DNA of 8,863 nt, taken from assembly GCA_051294375.1 (NCBI GenBank), contig CM119267.1:167413-176275 (forward strand). Direction: 5' to 3'. Shown here one piece after another: positions 1 to 8,223 of the stretch. Positions within the stretch are counted from its first letter, which is position 1. The number at the start of each line of letters is the position of its first letter. Position numbers and translations under genes: made by a program. The stretch comes from Paraspadella gotoi. Lineage: Eukaryota > Animalia > Chaetognatha. A model generated the notes under the pieces. The model did no database searches, was not told where the DNA came from, and was given only the letters and a program-made list of their open reading frames with translations.

Positions 1-55
1 GTCGTGATGATATCAATGATTATGATTAATGATCCCAGTTTCATTTTTCCTCCAG

Positions 56-166
56 GTTCCCTACGCGACAGCATGGACATTTTCATGGTTTTTGTGCCTC
101 TTGTACGTTTTCGCTCCGTTGGCAGAATACGCCATCATAAACGTCATGCAGCAGTATTACAGAAAG
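56..166 (+). CDS. Exon (111 nt) encoding M3 of a Cys-loop anion channel, antisense to the other exons: VPYATA[WTFSWF or MDIFMV]LCLLYVFAPLAEYAIINVMQQYYRK
   Basis: TTTTTCCTCCAG acceptor (AG at 54-55) and AAG|GTGAGG donor (GT at 167); V-x-YATA..C..VF..L-x-EY..N matches GABA-A/GlyR M3; starts in phase 0. Confidence 0.9.
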
Positions 167-1214
167 GTGAGGATGAGCGGGGAAAGTAAGGTATTAAAGA
201 GAATCGAGGTAGGAAGGAAGGTAGGGAAAATTATATCTGGTTTGACCTTGACCTTGCTCTGCGTAATTGTGACCCGATGGATTTTGGATCAATGACCATT
301 ACACATTGGTCATGACTGGAAAGTCATGGCCTTAGCTATCCATTTTGCTTGAAACGAGGTTATTGGCAAGAGGGACCCGAGAGGTAAGGGTGCTGAATAA
401 AGTATGCATAGGTTTTCCTGCAGACCTGCTAGACTGAGAGACTTATCAATTCAAAAAGTCGTTCGTTTAAGTTGAAAATAAAGTTTTTTTGAGACGTCAA
501 AATTACTCAAAACTTATGTTTTTAAAACTAAGTTAATGTTAAAATTTAGTCACTGAAATGAAGGTTATTTTATCCATCCCTAAATTATATAAATTATGTT
601 TGAGCTGCCTCGTAATAATTAATAATATCAAATTGTGTTTATTTTTGCTGACTTTCTCCGTAGACGACGACCGAGAATCCAACGATGTTTTAAAATGTTT
701 ATTGATGCAATCGACGATTATTTCAAGTTGTTTCAAAACAAACAATGATTTAAAAAGGTATAAAAACACTTTAAAAGCACACCTTAAAAGCAACACGTTA
801 AAGCAACGAAAACGTTCGACATCACGGCTTAACGAGCAATCCTCTGACTTTTCCTAAATTTCAAACGTTAAAAATAAGCCAGATATTTGCTTTCTTCTTC
901 ATATCATCAACGAATGGACCTATAAACGGACTTGGTTGCCCTAGTGATGTGATTGCTCGTCTCCTTCACGAATCATCAGAATACCGACGAATCACAGACC
1001 TTACTTCAACCTTAGAATGACCAATGACCGACAGAGGAACGACGGAGGATTGATGGTCAAATATCTTCTCCGAGCCTTATCATGACCGTCATCTTCATCA
1101 TCATCACAATCAATCGTGATTAACCTCATCATCATTTTAACATCCTTTAAATTTTGAACATCAACAACATCGTCATCATGAAAGAATCTAAAAACCAGAT
1201 GAGTTTCCCAGCAT

Positions 1215-1345
1215 CCACAGCAAAACCATCAACTCCTCAACTGCACTCCTTCACTCCAGCAAAACTAACTCCTCTACTCCAGCACCATTGAATCCTTCAC
1301 TACATCAACAATGATACCTTTACTCCAGAAACATCAACTCCTCAC
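1215..1345. repeat. Degenerate ~22-bp tandem repeat at the 5' end of the intron after the M2 exon
   Basis: Recurrent ACTCCAGCA / CATCAACTCCTC units on the + strand. Confidence 0.6.
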
Positions 1346-1407
1346 CTTTGGCAAACCCGATCGTTCGTTGAATCCGACCGTGGTCATCGACAAGACCGTC
1401 ATCACTC
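1346..1407 (-). CDS. Exon (62 nt): M2 and M2-M3 linker, [21 protein letters not shown]
   Basis: TTTCTTTCTCACAG acceptor and GTGAGG donor; TVL-x-MTT and R-x-x-LPK motifs; ends in phase 0. Confidence 0.96.
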
Positions 1408-4124
1408 CTGTGAGAAAGAAAATTGTAATTATAATGAATTATAATAGTATATAATAATCCTCACTACTGTCAGGAGAGACAATTTTGGGGGAATAAATCA
1501 CTTCTGTGGAACAGCTCATCAATCTCACTTCATCATCTCAACTCGATCAACATTACGACATCATCATAACTCCATCGTCTCAACTCCATCATCTTCACTC
1601 CATCATCTCACTCTGTTTTCTAGACCCCATCGTCTCACTCCATCTTCTCAACTCCATCATCCTAACTCCATCATCCTAACTCCTTTATATTCACTCCATC
1701 ATCATAACTTCATCATCTTAACACCATCATCTTAACTCCATCATCTTAACTCCTTCATCTTAACTCCAGCATCTCACTCAATCATCCTAATTCCATGATC
1801 TCAACTCCATCATCTTAACTCCATAATCTTAACTCTATCATCTCACTCCATGATCTTACCCAAAGCGACTCTGGCCGGCTCGCACTCTCGGTCGATCCAA
1901 AATGCGACCCAAGACATGACGACGATGAGACAACAAGGGATGTAGACGTTGATGATGAAGTAGCCCGTCCGTCGTTGGAGGTGGAAGTAGACTGTCAGGG
2001 TCGAACGGCGCTCATCGGCTGGAGAAAGGGGGGAAGGGAGAGAGAGGGAGAGAGAGAGAGAGAGGTAGGAAAGAGGGGAAGGAGAGAGGGGAAGAGAGAG
2101 AGGAGGAGGTGAGAAGGAGGAGAGAGAGTGAGGGGGAGAGGAGGAGAGAGAGGGGGGGAGAGAGAGAGGGAAGAGAGAGGGGGGGAGAGAGAGTGAGGGG
2201 AGAGGGAGAGAGAGAGAGGGAGGAGAGAGAGTGAGAGGGAGGGAGAGAAAGGAGGAGAGAGAGAGGGAGAGAGGTAGGGAAAGAGGGGGAAGGGAGAGAG
2301 GAGGGAAGAGAGAGAGGGAGGAGGTGAGAAGGAGGGAGAGAGAGTGAGGGGGAGAGGGAGAGAGAGAGAGAAGGGGGAGAGAGAGAGGAAGAGAGAGGGG
2401 GGAGAGAGAGTGAGGGGGAGAGGAGAGAGAGAGAGGGAGGAGAGGATGAGGGGGGGAGAAGGGAGGGAGAGAGAGGAGAGAGAGAGGGGGAGGGAGAGAG
2501 AGGGGGAGGAGAGAGGGAAGAGAGAGAGGAGGAGGTGAGAGGAGGGAGAGAGAGTGAGAGGGAGAGAGAGAGAGAGGGGGAGAGAAAGAGGGAAAGATAG
2601 AGGGGGAGAGAGAGTAAGGGGGGAGGAGAGAGAGAGAGGAGGAAGAGAGAGAGAGGGGAGGGAGTGAGAGTGAGAGAGACAGAGAGAGAGATGCTTGTAA
2701 AATAAAACGCAGACTCTCTTTCTCAAATGTTAAAGAGATGGACAGACACTGTCTGTGATAATGATTATGATGACGATGATGACAGTGATAGAGATTTTAT
2801 TATGGATTTGGCAACAAATTATGATTAAATACTAGATTTAGAATTAAGTTTATTGATTCAGGAATATAAATGGGGGCTTTTCGAAAAGAGAGCCGTACCG
2901 CCAACAACAACAACAATTCCGTGCAATCTCGATCATTCCCAATCCTCTTCTCTCTTCTAAATCTATACCCTGACTTACCCTCAGAATGAACTCACCCTTC
3001 CCGGCGAACGTGACGTTGGCGCTGCTGACGTTGATGGCGAGAAGGTCATATTGACTCAGCGTCACGCGAGGACTTTTCGTCACGGAATTGTGATTCCCCT
3101 CTTTCCAGGCATACGTCACGTCTTTGGCCGGGTATCCGTCTCAATGAAAATGATAATGATAGGTTATGACAGGCTTATGATATTGAAAAACATTAGGATA
3201 ATTATGATTATAACACTAAAAAAGTTTCTAAAAAAAAATTACGATAAATGATAGATTATGATAAAAAATGTTAAATTTTAATAAATTTTCCTAGCTCGTC
3301 ATGATATAATTATTATTTAATCATATTTATATAAATTACGATAAATTTAGATAAATTATGATAAATTAGCAAAGATGATGATTGATCTCCGTGTCATTTT
3401 GTAAAATCAATTTTTTGAAAATAGGAAAAAAATGTTTTAAAAACAGCACAGCGATGACCCACATCATTCATGTGTAATTTTATTTGTTACGAGATAGTCC
3501 TCGGTTGTTGATGCCCTTTTTATTATTGAATTTCGTATTTCTGTTGCTTACGAAAGTATCTGATTGATCAAGTATTTTAAAAGTCGCTCTCTGATTGTTA
3601 GTCCTTATGATTGTACCTTAACCAAAGATATAAAAGAGATGTGCTTACCAAAAACTAAGAGGATAAGTTACCAATGATTCGTGACAGTCGGTAAGCATTT
3701 AAAATGATATTTGTAATTTTATGGTTAAGCTTAAAGTTGACTATTTTTAATAAGTTTTTTTTTTTTTGTATCTTTAGAAATAGTCTCCCTTCGACTTGCT
3801 TTATGTTTCCCTTCAATTTGCTTCACGTCTCACGCTCATGTTATGTCTACTACAATAAATATTACTAAATTTACATCTTCGAATCTCTATAAATAAATAG
3901 CAAGTCAGAAAACACTAGCTCGCTCACGGCGTTACGGTAAAATCCTCAATAATTCTAAAAACTAGTTAATGTTATTTTCAGTTTAATTTTAGATCACCCT
4001 GTATTCGATGAGACTCACAGCTTCCAATGTGCAAAGGACAACTTTGAATGTCCATCGGATATCGGTGAAGATTCATGGGGCAGTCCGCCTTTATGGTGAT
4101 TCTGGTGAGAGAGAGGGGAAATTA

Positions 4125-4174
<50 letters not shown>

Positions 4175-5352
4175 CGAGAGAGAGACCTCATGGAATAAAT
4201 GATGCTTCCATTCTCATTGATTCTGAAGAGTTTGTTCGGCACAGTCGTCAAATGAAGATAAGACTTTCGTCCGTTCGTGATGTAGGTGTCGGGCTTCCAA
4301 ATTCTCTCCAGCATTTTGATGTTGAGGGAAAGAACTTCAAGTCCCTCTGGTCCCTGGAATTTGAGAGGGTTGGGGGGAATCAGGGGTGATGTAGTGATGG
4401 CGAAAGGGAGATGGGGAAGATTAGGGCCTTATTTTCCAGGAACGACCCATTTCATCTTAAATTTAGTTTTTGAGTTAAAAATTAGGTTAGAGATTAAGTT
4501 AGAGATTTGGTTTGTGATTAAGGTTAGAGATTAGTTTATAAGTTTATGAATAATTGAATATATATTTAAGTTAAATATTAAGGTTAAAATTAAATTCTGG
4601 GAAAAAATACACCAACAAGAAAAGAGAGCTCAGATTTTTCGAATGAATTACATCTGAAAACAAGACTGAAGTTTTTCTTTTTTTGCATAGTGATTTAATA
4701 AAAACCGCGACTGACACAACATTTTTAAAACTTACCTTGCACACTAGTTGACACCGATAGTTGACACTTTGGCTCCTATCATTTCCTTTCCTTTCATTAA
4801 AGCCGAGATTTATTCGGACCTTACCTTGAACTTTAACCGTTTATCCGTCCAACTTTGGCGAAAATAGCAATCCACTGAAAATCCCTGTAAAAGTAGGAAT
4901 GAATGTTATGAGTTAAAAAAGAAAAGACGAAGATAAAAAAAAAAGAAAAAAGAAAAAAAGAACAAAAAGAAAAGAAAAAGAAAAGAAAAGAAAAGAAGAG
5001 ATAAGAAAAGAAAAGAAAAGAAAAAAAAGAGAAAAAGAAAAGAGAAAAGAAAAAAAAATAAGAAAAAAACGAAAAAGATAAGAGAAAAGAAAAGATAAAA
5101 AAAAGAAAAGAGAAAGAAAAAGAGAAGGATAGGAGAAAAGAAAGAGAAAAAAAAAAATAAAAGAGAAAAGATAAAGATAAAAGAAAGAAAAGAAAAAGAA
5201 AGAGAAGAAAGAAGAGAAGAGAAAGAGAGAAGAGAAGAGAAGAGAAGAGAAGAGAAGAGAAGAGAAAAGAAAATTAATCACCATATTTTGTTCTGAAATC
5301 GGTCCCATGGATCTGACATCCATCCAAGTCAAAACGTTCGTTGGATTTCCGT
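1346..5352 (-). CDS. Partial multi-exon gene: Cys-loop ligand-gated anion channel subunit (GABA-A receptor-like), extracellular domain to end of M2
   Basis: Manual splicing of exons 5352-5282, 4884-4825, 4353-4187, 4101-4019, 3139-2996, 2018-1860 and 1407-1346 gives one open frame: [138 protein letters not shown]...[78 protein letters not shown]. All intron phases match. Confidence 0.96.
1520..1859. repeat. Minisatellite with a 13-14 bp unit (ACTCCATCATCTC / ACTCCATCATCTTA), roughly 25 copies
   Basis: Tandem units are directly visible and fill most of the intron between the M1 and M2 exons. Confidence 0.9.
1860..2018 (-). CDS. Exon (159 nt): pre-M1, M1, M1-M2 loop and start of M2 (..[43 protein letters not shown])
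   Basis: CTCCAG acceptor after a long pyrimidine tract; GTAAGA donor; canonical M1 (YIP..LIV..SWV.FWI) and PAR motif. Confidence 0.97.
2022..2690. repeat. ~670-bp AG-rich polypurine tract (polypyrimidine on the sense strand) with a ~213-bp higher-order period
   Basis: Almost entirely A/G; the landmark GGAGGTGAGA recurs near 2105, 2320 and 2531, and GAGAGGTAGG near 2060 and 2269. Confidence 0.92.
2996..3139 (-). CDS. Exon (144 nt): loops B/F to start of loop [13 protein letters not shown]...LSQYDL...FAGK
   Basis: Phase 1 at both ends fits the neighbouring exons; GTGAGT donor; acceptor reads TTTTCATTGAG (atypical GAG); overlaps ORF 2850..3119. Confidence 0.9.
3225..3368. repeat. AT-rich low-complexity repeat (ATAAATTAYG-like)
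   Basis: Several AAATTACGATAAAT / AAATTATGATAAAT copies. Confidence 0.55.
4019..4101 (-). CDS. Exon (83 nt): Cys-loop, [27 protein letters not shown]
   Basis: CACCAG acceptor and GTGAGT donor; C-x13-C signature containing YPMD. Confidence 0.97.
4107..4185. repeat. (AG)n microsatellite filling an 85-nt intron (4102-4186)
   Basis: Directly visible. Confidence 0.92.
4187..4353 (-). CDS. Exon (167 nt): loops A and E, GPEG...[11 protein letters not shown]...GSIIYSMR
   Basis: TTCCAG acceptor and a weak GTCTCT donor; WxPD motif; overlaps ORF 4015..4314. Confidence 0.94.
4470..4595. repeat. Degenerate GTTAGAGATTA-type short repeat
   Basis: GTTAGAGATT occurs three times, plus GTTAAA variants. Confidence 0.5.
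4825..4884 (-). CDS. Exon (60 nt): loop [21 protein letters not shown]
   Basis: TTTTACAG acceptor and GTAAGG donor; D-x-YFRQ-x-W-x-D-x-RL motif. Confidence 0.94.
4914..5273. repeat. (AAAAG)n/(AGAAG)n purine tract filling intron 4885-5281
   Basis: Directly visible; it is the source of the F/S/L-rich part of ORF 4913..5332. Confidence 0.92.
5282..5352 (-). CDS. Exon (71 nt): beta1 region, [24 protein letters not shown]
   Basis: TTTTCAG acceptor and GTGATT donor; VRSMGPISE motif typical of GABA-A alpha/Grd-like subunits. Confidence 0.9.
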
Positions 5353-5573
5353 CTGAAAATTTAACGAAATTAATTTTATTAACATTTTTGTTTTTAATAA
5401 TATCCTTTAAACTAAAACAGTTTTAATTCATTTAACTAGGAAAAATAACAAATATGACCAAATCAATATGTTAAATACAACTGAATTCACCTGCTTAAGC
5501 TTATTATCTGAGTCTCTCTCTTTTCCTGGTCAACCTGTCTGACCACTAGCTTTTTATCAGCATTGAAACCGCC

Positions 5574-6187
5574 CACACTGCCCTGATTTTCTAAAAGACC
5601 TCCAGTGTTAACGCCCTGCTCCTTCCTCTCCCCTGCCTATCTCATACACACTGCCTGATTTTCTAAAAAGACCTCCAGGTTAACGCCCTGCTCCTTCCTC
5701 TCCCTGCCTATCTCATACACACTGCCTGATTTTCTAAAAAGACCTCCAGGTTAACGCCCTGCTCCTTCTCTCCCTGCCTATCTCATACACACTGCCTGAT
5801 TTTCTAAAAAGACCTCCAGGTTAACGCCCTGCTCCTTCCTCTCCCTGCCTATCTCATACACACTGCCTGATTTTCTAAAAAAGACCTCCAGGTTAACGCC
5901 CTGCTCCTTCCTCTCCCTGCCTATCTCATACACACTGCCTGATTTTCTAAAAAGACTCAGGTTAAAACGCCCTGCTCCTTCCTCTCCCTGCCTATCTCAT
6001 ACAACACTGCCTGATTTTCTAAAAAAACGCCCTGCTCCTTCCTCTCCCTGCCTATTCTCATACACAATGCCTGATTTTCTAAAAGAAAACGCCCTGCTCC
6101 TTCCTCTCCCTTGCCTATCTCATACACACTGCCTGATTTTCTAAAAAGACCTCCATGTTAACGCCCTGCTCCTTCCTCTCCCTGCCC
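5574..6187. repeat. Minisatellite with a ~71-bp unit, 9 copies (two of them internally deleted)
   Basis: Unit CACACTGCCTGATTTTCTAAAAAGACCTCCAGGTTAACGCCCTGCTCCTTCCTCTCCCTGCCTATCTCATA starts at about 5574, 5647, 5718, 5788, 5859, 5931, 6002, 6063 and 6125. Confidence 0.95.
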
Positions 6188-6869
6188 ATTTTAAGCTCAA
6201 TTTTTAGTCTGAATTCCCGTGATATTTTCCTTCAAACTAAAGTTCGAATCATTGAAACGACTGCCCGTATGAAAATATGTTTCTACGGGTTTTTGGATGG
6301 AATTATAAAATATTCATTATCATTAACTCTTGTCGTACATTTTGTACGGGCGATGAATCAAACGCGCATAGAAGCATAGAAAACCAGTGGCTGCGCCAAT
6401 ACAAGTAAATCACTTTCAAGGGTTTAAACTGAACTGTTACTGTGACACTAATAACATTTTGGTACTTTCAAAAATATTTTATAAATCAAAACGATATTAT
6501 TTTTGTTTCGATATATGATATATGATTAAAATGATTTTATCAAAACATAGAATAAGAAATACAATAAAATAAAATAAAATAAGAAAAAAATATTTGTTAA
6601 AAAAGAAGAGAAAGTAAGAAACAAATCCTAGTAGTAAGGAAAAGTTAAACAAACGGGGGAAAAAATTAAAATTAAAATTTTTTTTAAAAAATTGTACAAT
6701 TTTAGGTGGTATCAAATCAATCAAACAATTTTCTGCAACAACATGAGAGAGAGAGAGAAAGAGAGATATTTTGCTTTTTCCTTCTCCTCTTTCTGTCCTC
6801 CTGTATTTTTGATTATCAAATTTCATGTATCTTTTCTCATCAATACCCTATTTTTCTTATCGATGCGTC

Positions 6870-8116
6870 TTTTTTAGTCGGATCTGCTTTCAGCAGATCC
6901 CGACTCTATAATCACTTTATACTCACTTTCGGTCCGTCGGTCCCCCCTCAATATTGTCGGGCACACAACTTATATCATTGTCAGAACATCGAATTATGAT
7001 AAATTATGCAAAAAAAAATGATGTCCGTCCGTCCGTCTGTCTCGTCTCCGTCCGTCCGTCCGTCCCACCTTAGCAAAAACACCAATAACTCGTGATTGGT
7101 GGTGGATTGAAATGAAAATTTGTGTGGTAGGAAAGTGTGTGATGAAGCTTGATATAAGTTTCGATGGAATCGTGCGAGTGAAATGAGTTTAAATATGAAA
7201 AAAACAAAAAAATATATTCCAACTATTGAACAGCAATTGCCTCATGCAGGGTGGATGGGGCTGTTGACCCGGTGGAATTTTTGTATGTTGGTAGGGAAAG
7301 TGTGTGAATTGAAACAGGAAATCAAGGTTTTCGATGGGAATAGGTTCTGAGTGCGAAATGAGTTTAAAATGGAAAACAAATCAAAAAACCTGTTTACTAT
7401 GATTATGCTTCTTTTTGCGGCTTCTATATTTTAAATGTATCCTGCAAGTATGATTAATAAATCAATGATTAATCCAGTTAATTAATCAATTAGTAAATAA
7501 GTATTAATCACTAATAATTGAATTAGGTCAATTAATCCCGTCATCCGTCCCATCTTAAGCAAAAAGCTCCAATAACTTCGTGATTGGCTGGTTGGATTGA
7601 ATCTAAATTTTGTGGTGGCGGTAGGAAAGTGATAGCTGATAAATTTAGGAATATACAAATTTCGCATGGAATCCGTAGTAGCTGGAAAATTTAAGCTTTA
7701 AATGAAAAACATAAGTACGAAATTTACTAAAGATCTTTTTACATTATTTTAACCAATAAATAACTACCTATTAATCATAATCTGGCGATGGATACGATTG
7801 AAGTTGAAATTTTGTTGTGGGTAGGAAAACGCTATGACGCGAAGCTTGATATAAATTTCATGAAACGTACCAGTGGAATTAGTTTAAAAAAAAATATGAG
7901 TCACATTTACTTGAATCTTTCTTATTTATTTTAACCCATCATAGATTGAGATTGAAATTTTGTGACGGGGCGCGGTAGAAAAAGTGAGTAAGAAGCTAGA
8001 TATAAAGTTTCTGACGGAATGCAAGTTTGAAACAAATTATGCATAGTGAAAAAATGATGCACAGTTAAAAAAAATCCTTATTTTTTTTAAGCATATAGGA
8101 TCGTCGCTATGCATAA
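6870..8116 (+). mobile_element. Putative non-autonomous Helentron-associated element (HINE/DINE-1/pearl-like), possibly two nested elements
   Basis: A T-run is followed by the hairpin AGTCGGATCTGCT-TTC-AGCAGATCCCGACT (6876-6905), then (GTCC/GTCY)n microsatellites (6931-6943, 7023-7065), five degenerate ~150-200 bp internal repeats, and an inverted repeat at 8037-8049/8104-8116. No transposase ORF is seen and the boundaries are uncertain. Confidence 0.62.
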
Positions 8117-8117
8117 A

Positions 8118-8223
8118 AGAGGAGAGGAAGAGAGAGAGAGCAGAAAGAAGGAGAGTGAGAGAGAGGAGAGAGTGAGGAGAGAAAACGAGAGAGAGTGAGA
8201 GAGAGCAGAGATGAGAAGGAGAG
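8118..8223. repeat. Imperfect (AG)n tract
   Basis: Directly visible. Confidence 0.8.

Noticed and set aside
539-857. ORFs 539..796 and 558..857 as the M3-M4 loop or M4
   Set aside because: No ID-x-x-SR..FP..F..FN..YW motif. AIDDYFKLF near 707 has no hydrophobic helix after it and then stops.
292-1026. Small hairpins at 292-328 and a 10-bp inverted pair CATTGGTCAT/ATGACCAATG (304-313, 1017-1026) as inversion sites
   Set aside because: Short enough to occur by chance, and they do not flank the inverted exon.
1995-2726. 243-aa ORF (and 2344..2538)
   Set aside because: S/L/P and R/E/G translations of the purine tract; the real M1 exon is in another frame.
4430-4609. Possible MITE or telomere-like repeat
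   Set aside because: The flanking inverted repeats are imperfect, no target-site duplication is evident, and there is no true TTAGG(G) array.
4746-4768. 10-bp direct repeat TAGTTGACAC x2
   Set aside because: Probably a local slippage duplication with no supporting context.
4913-5281. Phe-rich hydrophobic tail of ORF 4913..5332
   Set aside because: Read-through into a low-complexity intron; only 5282-5352 is coding.
5574-6187. Possible CRISPR array
   Set aside because: The units are head-to-tail with no unique spacers, there are no cas genes, and the context is eukaryotic.
6155-7667. Short ORFs (6155..6379, 6497..6826, 6692..6877, 6706..6999, 7482..7667) as the missing N-terminal exons
   Set aside because: No YD-x-x-x-RP motif or convincing signal-peptide exon; they are AT-rich or repeat-derived.
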